Shown here: one piece after another, positions 1 to 13,007 of the stretch
Layout: each line of letters starts with the position of its first letter
Position numbering within the stretch: position 1 is the first letter of the stretch
The notes under the pieces: model-generated
Seen by the model: only the letters and a program-made list of their open reading frames with translations
Databases searched by the model: none
Told to the model about the DNA's origin: nothing
NCBI GenBank assembly: GCA_033442325.1
Contig: JAWQFM010000008.1
Location: 1,540,246-1,565,347 of the forward strand
DNA: 25,102 nt
DNA from: Salpingoeca rosetta
Taxonomy: Eukaryota > Protista > Choanoflagellata
Direction of reading: 5' to 3'
Translations under genes and position numbers: made by a program

Positions 1-1742
1 ATCCATGTGCGCTGTCCGTCGTCGTGGAGCTTGGTGAAGAGGCAAGCGTCTGACATTGCTTTGCGCCCATCCGTTGGTCTTGAGGAAGGTGTGCAGCTTC
101 TTGGCCCATGCACGGCCAGCTTGCTTGAGGCCGTAGAGCGGCTTGAGCAGCCGGCACACCTTGCCCGCGTAGCGTTGAGCGCCGTCGCCGATGTCGGTGA
201 AGTGCGGCGGCAGCTCCATGTACAGCTCCTCCTTGAGATCAGCCTGCAGGTAAGCCGACTTGAAGTCGAGCTGGTGCAGCTGGTGCTGTCGTTGCAGGGA
301 GACGGCGAGCACAGTGAGGATGGTCTTGGCTGCTGGTGTTGGGGCGTAGGTCTGGTCGAAGTCGATGCCCGGTCGTTGGCTGAAGCCCTTGGCGACCCAG
401 CGTGCCTTGAAGCGCGTCGGCGCGCCCTCAGCATCACGCTTCACCTTGAAGACGAAGCGTGACTTGAGAGGCGTGTGCTGCCGTGGCACGACGCTGCGTG
501 GGATGAGCTTGATGACGCCGTTGCGCTCCATGGCCCCGATCTCCTCCAAGCATGCCTGAGTCCACTGCTTGCGTTGCTGGCTCTTGAGTGCCTGCTTGAT
601 GCTTGCAGGCTCCGTGAGGCTGGTGTCGTCACTGCTGCTTGCTGTGAACGCGCCTGCCTCGGTGTCGCTTGCATCTGTTGTGTCTGGATCGTAGTTGGCG
701 TCGTTGGTGTCGCTGCTGCTGTCGTCGTCAAAGTCCGTGAGCAGGAAGTCTGTCTCGACATCATCGTCCTGGTCCTCGTCGATGTGAACTGTTGGTTGCT
801 CACCGTCAGTGGTGCTGTTGCTGCTGTCACGTGCACTGGGAAGCTGGAGCATGGACGATGTCGTGGATGTCTGCACTTGCTCCTCCCCCTCATCCACGAC
901 ATCATCGGCCTTGGAGAAGGGAAGGAAGCGGACGTGGATGGAGGACACAACGGTGTTTGTGTCTGCGAAGTGGACGAGGTGGCTGTTGCTGCTGCTGTTG
1001 TGGCCGACGTAGATGCCTCGACGACCCTTGGGCTGCAGGCGACCGCGCTGTGTGCTGATATGGACGACGGCCGGCTGCCCGAAGACGTGCAGCTGCGGCA
1101 CGTGCTTGGGCAGCGAGCCCGTGACAATTTGCAGCGGTGTCTTGCCGTGGAGGGAAGGGCGAGGCATGTTGTTGAGGATGTGCAGGGCGTGGTTGCAGGC
1201 GAGGCTCCAGTACGATGCGTCGAGGCCTGCACCCGTGATCATGGCTCGCACCATGTCGGAGAGGGTGCGCACCTGTCGCTCGACGATGCCATTCTGCGCC
1301 TGGGTGTACGGCGGGGACTGCTGGTGCTGCTTCAGGTGCTTCTTGACGATGGCCTGGAAGTCAGCTCCGAGGAAGATGGCATCGGAATCCGTCTGGAGTG
1401 CTGTTGTTGTGGGCGAGATGGGGAGCTTGGTGTCGCGCAGGAAAGACTGGAACGCGGCAACTGCGTCCTTCTTGGCGTTGAGGTGGACTGCATGCAGGAG
1501 CTTGCTTCCCTCATCGACGATGACGAGACTGTAGCGCTTGCCCGTGGGTGAGTCCGCGGTCCAGTCGACGATGTCGGCGTGGATGCGCTCGCCGGGCACC
1601 TGTGTGCGTTCCGCGTGCTTGCTGACGCTGTGACGAGTGCTCTTGGTGACTGCGCACGTTGTACACTGCTTGCTGCTGATGGCGTTGCGATCATCAATGC
1701 CCATCAGCTTGCAGTACTGCTGCACGTCGTTGTCGTTGCGGT
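1..1742 (-). pseudogene. Copia pol fragment: integrase (Zn-finger CxxC, DDE core) and reverse transcriptase (RVT_2 type), frameshifted near 66-68
   Basis: My translation of the integrase: KQCTTCAVTK...RIHADIVD...YSLVIVDE...LQTDSDAIF...SPPYTQAQNGIVERQVRTL...YWSLACNHALHILN...LHVFG...GIYVGH. RT: EPASIKQAL...W..ACLEEI...FVFKVKRD...FKARWVAKGFSQRPGIDFDQTYAP...HQLDFKSAYLQADLKEELYMELP...LLKPLYGLKQAGRAW. It is absent from the ORF track because it has no stop inside the window. The + ORFs 7..462 and 475..1551 are its antisense shadows. Confidence 0.93.
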
Positions 1743-2295
1743 TGTTGAGAGTCAGTGAGTTTCTGTTTTGTGTTGAGTCCTTCCTACTTTGCCTTCTCAT
1801 GTGGTTTTGTCTTGTTTGCCAACAACACCTGCTTTGTGGTTTTTCCGTTTGCAAACATTCCTTCCTCTCTGCTGGCATGCATGTGTGCCAACTGCCTCTC
1901 CTCTCCTCCTTCCCCTACACACGTGAGTTGTGTGTCATGTGTGCCATGTGTGTGTGCATGCCCGTCATGCTTGGCAAATGACATGTGTGCGTGCCATGCA
2001 GTGTTGTGAAGTGTTGTCTGTTGTGTATGCTTGCCTGCAAGCATTCATGCTGCTTAGCATTGCTCTGCGCGCATGTATGCATGCTGTTCGTTGTTTAGAT
2101 TGTTTGTGTTCGTGCACACTCTGCCCATGTCGCCTTGGCAGCTCTGTTGACTGTGTGTGCACTTGTCTTGTGGTTGTTTGAGCATGCTGCCCGAGCTTAT
2201 TTGGCAGCAGCTTGCTGTATTTGTTCATTCTCCTTGTGTTCTTGTTTGTTGCGTTTGTCTACAGTACACACACACACACCTGTCGTGTTTCAACA
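1743..2295. repeat. Putative copia-type long terminal repeat (553 bp)
   Basis: Begins TGTTGAGA (1743) and ends TTTCAACA (2295), an inverted terminal match of 7/8 with the canonical TG...CA. It is non-coding, and its left end coincides exactly with the loss of integrase similarity. Orientation is not established. Confidence 0.75.
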
Positions 2296-2423
2296 TTAAC
2301 CACGGGCCTCTTTTGCACACACGTACACAACACGACCCACGCTTGCCAAAATTCACGGTTCGTTTGCAACAGCTTTCGTTGTATTGGTTTTGTTGTGTGG
2401 CTGAACAACAAACAAATTGTACT

Positions 2424-2791
2424 CTACGAAAACGATACATCTGGAGAAGGAGAGAGGGCTGAAGCGACATCAAATGACAGTTGCAATTCCAACAGCTCTG
2501 CACAAGTGGTTTCATCCAGCTCATCCTGCGCAGCTTCCGCTGCACGCCCCTCATTCCTGCGGTGACGCCGTATCGGCTCTGTGCTGTCCGTGTGACCGTC
2601 ATCCTCCTGTTCGTCTTCGCTTGATCCCGCATCGTCCGTGGAGACCTGGTAGTTTTATCATTGCGTGTGGTGAGAGTAAGCTTCGCATGCGCGCACACGC
2701 ACACAGTGACACCAACACGTTACTTGCATCTTGCATCAAACACACACACACACGCACGCACACACACACACGCACGCACACACACACACAC

Positions 2792-2841
<50 letters not shown>

Positions 2842-3570
2842 CCCATTCGCTGTCGTCGTCGTCACCAGCTTCTTCTTCTATTTCTGTGTTGGCAGGATGC
2901 CTTGCTTCGACCTCGCCTTGTCGCCATGGTTGCTGGGGCTCATTTCTGGGCGTAGCACTGCCAATGGTGCTTGATGAATGGCTGCTAGCTTCTCCCTGTG
3001 ACGCCATGGATTTTCTCTGTCGCGCCAGCCGTCGCTGCCTGCAGTAGCACGGACACGCATATTGTGTGAGGGAACAAATTTCCAATGCAGTGGCTCTTAC
3101 CAACGGTTCGCATAGCGCATCCAAAGTTGAAACCGTGAACGTACTGTCGCAACACGTCTTGGGTGGGCGTTGCCAGTTGTGACGAGGATCGCGAGCTCGC
3201 AGGTGAGCCCCCTTCTTCCCTGGGGGTGCTCACTCGTCTGTGCACGCTCTGTGGTATTGCTTTGGCTTTCGTGCTGGCAGACACTGCATCCGTGGGTGTT
3301 GCCGGCAAGGACGTTGATCGCGGTGCGGCCATCGCTTTCCTGTCAATGGCACGTGCATATGACCTTGTGTGAGTGTAGCAGCCAATCTGTGCATGTACGT
3401 GGAGGTCTGTTTGCGTGTGTGTGTGGATGTGTGTGTGGATGTGTGTGTATGTAAGCAGACAAAACAACAACACTTGCAGTGCTCACCGTTGTGCAAATTG
3501 CTGGACAAAGCGGTGCATGTGTTTGCGTGCATAGGGTGAACCCAAGATCTCCTTGACTGTTGGCCTGTCA

Positions 3571-3616
<46 letters not shown>

Positions 3617-5773
3617 AGAGATGTAATCAGATATGCAAAGCAATGCAGTGATGGCAAGGTGTTATCAACCGTTAGAGTGTACTTCATCACATGTGCCTCG
3701 AGTTCACCATACAAGTCAGCGTGTACATATGTGCACCCACACCCACACTCACACACGCGCGAGGGCAGATGTCCCCCTTCTCACCCTCAGTGGCAGTTCA
3801 GACGTACCTGGCTCCACAGCGAGCATGGAAGCGAACAGGGTGTCCATGTCATCGGGGTACGCGGAGGGCAGCCGCTGGATCTGTCAAAGACAGATGATGA
3901 CACACACATGCAAGGACACATGTGAGTTGCGCGCGAGGGAGTCATCGGTAGGTGCCAGCACTGTGCCGAACACCGTGTTGAATTGATGGGCGTGTATGCG
4001 TACCTGCCCCTTTGAAACTTTGAAGGCTAATGCGTTGTAGTCCTTTGCATTGAAGGCCTTCTTCAAGGTTGCGACTTCGTACATGACGCACCCAAACGAC
4101 CACACGTCCGACTTGATGTTGTACGGCTGCAAAATCATGGCAGCAACAGAGCCCACGCACGGTCAGCACAGAGAGGTGGGAGGGGGGAAGAAGCACAAGA
4201 AAGAACACAAAAGGATGAGAACAGCCCCTTGCACCGCATGCGTGTGACAAACACGTACCACGCGTGCGTAGAGCTCGGGTGACATGTAATATGGAGTGCC
4301 TGTCACCTGAAAAACAGGCGCAGCCCCCAGGCAAGAACAAGAACAACAAGGTTAGGGAGAGGGATGAGCATGGTGGAAGAGCGTGTCAAAGTGAAGGCAG
4401 GGGCAGAGCACACACAACACAGGCACATACAGACACACTGACAGCCACAGCCACGGCCACAGCAGCAGCAGGCATGTCACCACGAGGTCACGTATTGGCA
4501 CTCACTGTTGTGGCCATGTCATCTTCTGAATCCAGGACACGGGCGATGCCCAGGTCACCGACCTGAAAGGAGACGCACAGCAGCAATCGCAGCATCATCA
4601 TGTGAACGGCGACACAAACGCAAACAAACAGAACCTTGTGCATCGATACAGGGTGCACATGTACGGATGCACACACGAACGCACACATGTTAAAATGCGC
4701 ACACACGCACTTGCAAACATATACTTGCAAACATATACTTGCAAACACACGCACGCACACATGCTCAAACACACACACACACACACACTGCAAACACACC
4801 AACGGACTGGGTACCTTGACAACTTGTTTCTTTGTGAGGAAGATGTTCTGCGTTTTGAGGTCTCTGTGCATGATATTCTTGTCGTGGAGGTATTGCAAGG
4901 CCAGTCCAATTTGCACAAACCAGTCCATGATTTGGGTTTCGGGCAGCAGGTGACCGGTAGCGGCTTGTTGCCTGAGCCTGTGTGTTGAGAACGGACAGGA
5001 TGGAAGCGGTGATCAAGGAAGAAGCAAGGCATGTGAGTTGCGGTGCAAAATACGGAAGGACACATAAGGCGGAACATGATCAGGCATCGCGTCACAAGCC
5101 AACATGTATGCATGTCTGCACTCATGGCTGCAAAACAGGGTCAGCACACGCACGCACATGTGCACACACAGACAGACAGGCAGACAGCAAAGGGGCACAG
5201 ACAGACAGGCAGACAGACAGCAAAAGAGCAGACAGACACAGAAAGACACGCACGCACACACACACATACACACGCGCGGCGCACGCACGCACGCACACAC
5301 ACGCACACACACGCATGCACGCACGCACACACACGCATGCACGCACGCACACACGCACACACACACACACACACATTCATGAGACAGTGAACCGCACCGC
5401 GTGTAAAGATCTCCGCCCTCGCAGTACTGCATTACAATGTACAAGAACGCATTGTCTTTGCTGATGAAGGATTCGCGGTGCGATACAATGTTTGGGTGAT
5501 TGAGTGTGGAGAGCAGCTTTGCCTCCTGGAATGCGTTCCTTTGCTCCTTGGTTGTCGCTCGCTCAAGGGCAATCCTCTTGACAACATACTGCATGTGGCG
5601 TGCATGTGCATGCGTGTGGTTCGAAGAGGGTGCGCGGTTCGGAGACATGAGAAATGGCAACAAGCGGACACGGCACACAGATACTTACTGCGCAGAGACA
5701 CACGGGCACACGTACAAACAAACACAGACAGACAGACAGACAGACACACGCACACACACACATACACAGACAC

Positions 5774-5816
<43 letters not shown>

Positions 5817-6030
5817 GGCAGAGGGACAGACAGGCAGACAGACAGGCAGACAGAAAGACAGACACACACGCACACACAGACACACACACACACACAGACA
5901 CACATACACAGATACACAGACACACACACGAGCTTACTCGTTTGCGATCGTGCTTGCATTCGGTAAGAAAGACAACGCCAAAGGACCCTTTGCCAATCTC
6001 CCGCTTCTTGATGTAGTCAGCCAACCCCAT
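2424..6030 (-). CDS. NEK4: NIMA-related Ser/Thr kinase, NEK4-like; 11 exons (6030-5938, 5588-5398, 4977-4815, 4562-4506, 4306-4259, 4126-4004, 3880-3808, 3571-3487, 3363-3145, 3038-2840, 2645-2424)
   Basis: The spliced translation has [79 protein letters not shown] (DLG as in NEK4), [10 protein letters not shown] and KSDVWSFGC. All introns are GT-AG with consistent phases. The last three low-complexity exons are less certain, and one uses an AAG acceptor. Confidence 0.9.
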
Positions 6031-6155
6031 CTTGACTTGCTTGCCAGCAGGCTTGTTCTGTGTGGTGGTTGTCGTGGTCGGTGGCTGGATGAGTCAACGC
6101 TTGCTCTGCGGAAATTTATCGGTGTGCCTGCCAATCGTCAACAACACCAACCAAG
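6031..6155. promoter_or_regulatory. Probable compact bidirectional promoter/5' UTR region between NEK4-like and EHD-like genes
   Basis: Divergent ATGs at 6030 (-) and 6156 (+) are separated by only 125 bp. Confidence 0.6.
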
Positions 6156-8357
<2,202 letters not shown>

Positions 8358-8822
8358 TGCACACACGCACATGTTCGCGCAGTACATGCAGCCGCGGTGG
8401 GCGTTGTGTTGAGTTGCGTGCCTGCACGCTCACATTGCAAGTTTACGCTCCCGTGTGGCGAGGTGTTGCCTCACCCTCGCAGGACCTCTTCCGTCCTTGT
8501 GCGTTGGCTGTGTTGTGCTGTGCTGTGTTGTGTTGTGTTGTGTTGTGTTGTGAGGTGGTTCAGCTGCCAGCACGTCCTACACCTCATGTTCTCGCCAGAG
8601 TTGTGACTTCTTTTTCGCTTCTGCCGTGTTGCTTGTTTAGTGTGATGGCTGATGTAAACGCAACGCTTGATCCAGCCTCCCCCCGCCCCCGACATGAAGA
8701 CACTCATGACACGTCGACGACAGCGGGTAAACACGTAGAGAGGCAACGGATAACGAGCCATTCACAGAGACAGACACAGAGAACAGCAGAGGGAATGACA
8801 CACATTGACAGCAAGGTTGAAA

Positions 8823-8886
<64 letters not shown>

Positions 8887-8888
<2 letters not shown>

Positions 8889-10503
8889 AGGCGCTGTGGG
8901 TGGTGATGAACTTGAGAATGGCGTGGTTCAGCGCTTCTCCTTGATCAACTTGCACCCAATGCCCGCAGGGGAAAGCTTGCACCTGGAAAAAAGACAGGTG
9001 GGGTTCGGGATCCCGTGAACCACCAGACTCTATGAGGGAGAACAATGGAACAGCTCTTCGCTCTTTTACGACAAGGTAGCAAGCAGCACATGCACATGCA
9101 CAAACACACACTTGGCAGTCCTCGCGGCGATCCATCTCCTTGAGCCATCCGTCCGAGTGGAACATGAAGGGCTGCGTCATCATGGCACGTGCATGTACAT
9201 TGTCAGATGATCACAGTGAGGCGCAATCCCATTCAGAACACAAAACATGCGTGGAGACACACAGACACAGACACAGACACACACAGACACAGACACAGAC
9301 AGACACAGACACACAGACACACAGACACACCGACACACACACACACACACAACCATGTACGCACCTTGGCGGCGCCGTAGGAGTAGAAGGTTGGACGCTG
9401 AGGTGAGTAGTGCTTGAGGTAGTTTGTACCTCCACTCCCACCAAGGAAGAGGCCTTTGTAAAAGTAGAAGTATGGCTGGTCGACGGATGATAAACACAAG
9501 CAAATGCGCAAGGCGGTGTTGCGACAGGTGAGCACCGCGGCGGGTTTGCGAGACATCATGCAAGCTGCAATGGCACATGTGCGTGTGGGACATACATAGT
9601 TGACGTGGGAGCCATGGTCCGCAGAGAAGGACGGCGAGTGCGCAAAGTACTTGGCGCACAGTCGTGTCATCAGGTCCCCGATCGGCTTGCCAACTACAGG
9701 CACCACGTTCCCGAGAACAAAGGCAGATGACAGCCAAAGCTGGTACGCCGGAACCAGCACCTTCCCCGCGACGGATGCGATGTGGATGCGGCCACCAACA
9801 TCGATCGTGGACAGCGTCTTGACCAGCTCGGGTGCTTTGCGCTCAATCATGTACGCAAATACAGCACCCCAGTCGTGCGCAACCACATGCACAGGCTTCC
9901 CGTCGTTCACCTCCTTGATCTGCCGAATAAGCACATCTCGCACGTCCGGAAAGTCCAAGGCCCATTTGTGAGACGAGTCGTACCCACTGTAACTGGGCAG
10001 GGAAAGGCACGCACAATGGTACTTGTGCTTCGTGAAGAAGTCGACCTGCAAGCGAGAGGTTGAAGGAGGGACAGGGACGGGGAGTGTCAGGGAGACAAAG
10101 TGTGTATCAAAAGGGCGGGGGGGGGGCGGAGGTGATCAGCCAAACGTCTGGACATTGGACATGGCAGTGCAAAGGATAAGCTTGCAGCAAAACAACAACA
10201 CCCACGCACAGACAAGGATGGTCGAATAGACACGTAGGCAGACAGCCCGACCGACAGACACACAGGCACATCACTCAGAGACATCATGTAGGGACACACA
10301 AATACACATGAAAACAAACAGAATACAAATGTACATACGCACAACCTCGTACATACACGGTGACAGACCTGGTTCTTCCAGAGAGCGTTCGTGTCTGGCC
10401 ACCCGTGCAGGAACACGATGACGCCTTTGCAGGACTTGTCCTTTCGCGCTGGGCCAGCCCGCAGCACCTCCACAACCACATCAGCCGCCGCACTGCCACT
10501 CAT
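8887..10503 (-). CDS. Alpha/beta-fold hydrolase of the epoxide hydrolase/haloalkane dehalogenase-like group; 5 exons (10503-10369, 10045-9596, 9475-9365, 9171-9112, 8982-8887)
   Basis: Motifs: oxyanion-hole VFLHGWPD, Asp-nucleophile elbow VAHDWGA, and a C-terminal catalytic His in CGHWVQ. All introns are phase-0 GT-AG, and the start has an AAG-ATG context. Confidence 0.88.
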
Positions 10504-11533
10504 CTTCACTTGTCGTTGTCGATCTCGGCTCGGTCAAAGGCAAAATTGTCATTGATACGACTCTCATAGGCAGTTTGGCCTTTGCTTGGTTTGGCGCGCC
10601 ACTCCTCTTGCTTTTGTTTTTGTTTGAAATGATGATGCACCCAAACAAATAAGCGAAGCGTGCACCGCATGACATGCGGTGGTGATGCGACCGACCCCCC
10701 AACACTCACCTCGGCGTCATTGGAATGATGATGGTGGAACAGCATGAGAAGCACGCGATGATGACAGCAGCAGCGATACGAGCAACTGCAGCAAAAGCCA
10801 CGGACACAGGGTGATGCTGTGCATTACAACGAAGAAGCGTTCATGCTGCTGCTGTTGCTGTTGCTGCTGCTGCTGCTTTCCTCATGAGGTGCGGCACCGA
10901 CCTCTTTCATCCGTGCCACAGCGAATCCGCACCGGCTCCCACACAACACAGCCAGGCAAGCCGCAACCCAAGCAACTTGAGCAGTGGACACACATGAACA
11001 TGGCGGAGCGCTTCTTCGCATCAGCCATCAAGAAATGGGTGTGAGTGGACCCATGCCCCACCCAACCACGCTGCTTCCGACATTCGTCATCGTTTCCTCG
11101 CAACAACAACAACAACAGCAGCAGGTGAGACACATTGGTCGCTGTCGTGCTGTTATTGCTGGTGTGTGTGTGTGTGTGTATTTCACCCACACCTTTCTTC
11201 TTCTTTCTTCTTCCATCCTCTTCCTCCTCTTCCTCTGCTGTTTTGTTGTGCTGGTGGTTGCGTCTTTTCGGTTCTGTTTGTTGGTGCGTGTGTTTGTTGA
11301 TGTGTGTGCGTGTGTGTGTGTGTTTGGGTGGTTGGGGAATGACAAACGTGTTTGTTGATGTCATCGCACGCTGCACGGCCAGCTGCATTTGTTTCATCCA
11401 CGCACGTGGTTCCCTTTGCGGCTCCCTTTGCGGCGGTGGCACACGGTTGCTCATACTTTTCTTTTTACCCTTCCTCTCTTCCTCTCCTACTCTTCCTTCC
11501 CTCTCTTCAGTGGATGTGCTCTTTGCACGCCCA

Positions 11534-11620
11534 CCCCCCTCTCTCTCTCACATACACACGCACTGACTCACACACACCCCCCCCTCTCTCTCACATACAC
11601 ACGCACTGACTCACACACAC
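11534..11620. repeat. Tandem duplication of a ~43-bp unit
   Basis: ccc..ctctctctcacatacacacgcactgactcacacacac occurs twice back to back. Confidence 0.85.
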
Positions 11621-11897
11621 ATTTCGTGATGAAGGACTGATGGTGCTTGGCTGAGGGAGCGTTGGCGCCAAACCCGCGTCCACCAACTTTCTCTTCTTCT
11701 CTTCCTCTATCGCGCGGCAAAGCAAGCTCTCTGTGCCTGCCTGCGTGGCTTGCTTTTGGTTGGGTTGACTGTGCCACCGACTGCACTATCCATTTCTTGG
11801 CCAGTGTGTTGTTTCTTTGATGTTGGCACGCGGGCAACCAGCTCTTCGCTTCCCCTCTCCGTGTCTCTCTGTCTTTGTCTCTCCCGCACCTGGCGCC

Positions 11898-11931
<34 letters not shown>

Positions 11932-12870
11932 GCAGTTGTTGCACCACTGTTGGCGCGCTGCTACTGCTGCTGTTGCCAGCGTTGCCATTGTTGCTGCGGG
12001 CGCCAGCGCTTCTCTCTCCATCTCTCTCTCTCCTCTTGTCTTGTGCGGTCTATTCCAAGCACACTCTCTTGCGTGTGCGCATGTGCATGAGCGCGCGCTC
12101 CTGCGCATTGAAGGAGACAGCAACCAGTTTCTTCCTTAGCGCCTCTCTGTGGCAGCTACCACGACTCTTCCCCCTGCCTCGTCTGTTCTCAACAGCCTCC
12201 TCTTCTTCCTCCTTCTCCCTTCATCTTCACGGTCCTTTCAAGCACTCACCCTCGTACTGTCTTCCTCTCACCTTCCCAGCACGCTCTTGCGTGCTGTCAC
12301 ACGCACGCACACACGAACACGGACACCTTTGTCGCGCTGCGGCCTGTGCGCTGCGCCCCTTGCTTGGGGGGTCGCTGCCTTTCGCGCCAGTGTTGGCAGT
12401 TTTCCGCCTGTGGCCACGGGGGCATATCCACCACGCCTGCTGTGCATCGGCGGCGCTGTGCGCTGTGTGCGTTGCGTGCGTCCTCGGCACCTTTCCCACT
12501 TTTCTTGCATTGGCAACGAATTTCACTTCCCGCGCAAACTTTGAGCTGCGCACAAACACACACACACACACACAGAGCATTTGCCTTGCTTGTTGTGCAC
12601 TTCATTGTTCAATTCTTCTTCTCTTCCTCCCTTCCTCCTTTTTTTCATACGTGCATGTATGCATGGCTCAGCGCCATCCTTCCTGTTCATTTTCATCTGG
12701 GCCACTGATATCGGGTCGGTTGCTTGAGTGCACCCGTGCTATCCTCTCTCTCTGTGCACCTGTGGTGCCTGTGTACGTCCCACGCACGCCTCTTCTTCTC
12801 CGTGTCTGGTGGTGTCCATCACTCACCCTGCTTCTCCTCCACCCTTCTTCTCCTCCACCCATCCCCCCAG

Positions 12871-12930
12871 CCCCCTAAGCTTCCGTCTCCTTCCATCCCC
12901 CCTCCCATCCCCCCCTAAGCTTCCGTCTCC
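12871..12930. repeat. 20-bp direct repeat in a C-rich tract upstream of the JmjC gene
   Basis: ccccctaagcttccgtctcc at 12871 and 12911. Confidence 0.85.
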
Positions 12931-13007
12931 GCCACCCATCCGCTCTCCTCCTCCACCACCAGTCTTCTCTCTCCCTTCTCTTCATCCCCTGCGCGCTATC
13001 CTGCACC

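Larger units (their letters stand above)
1..2295 (-). mobile_element. Ty1/copia LTR retrotransposon remnant (LTR + integrase + RT, runs off the left edge); PBS, gag and protease absent
   Basis: The minus-strand frame gives integrase then RT, the copia domain order, abutting an LTR-like segment bounded by TGTTGA...TCAACA. Confidence 0.93.

Noticed and set aside
7-1551. Long + strand ORFs 7..462 and 475..1551
   Set aside because: They are codon-aligned antisense shadows of the copia pol frame, with no motifs of their own.
2296-2312. Possible primer-binding site or polypurine tract beside the LTR
   Set aside because: TTAACCACGGGCC matches neither TGGTATCAGAGC nor GGTTATGGGCCC, and neither flank is a purine tract.
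4545-4562. DLG instead of DFG suggesting a pseudokinase
   Set aside because: DLG is normal for NEK4, and the catalytic Lys, HRD and Mg-binding Asp are intact.
11817-12878. 353-aa + strand ORF upstream of the JmjC gene
   Set aside because: It has a non-ATG start, a low-complexity Leu/Ser/Pro/Cys composition produced by pyrimidine-rich DNA, and no domain.
11411-12930. Short direct repeats as a possible CRISPR-like array
   Set aside because: There are only two copies each of unrelated units, no repeat-spacer periodicity, and the context is eukaryotic.
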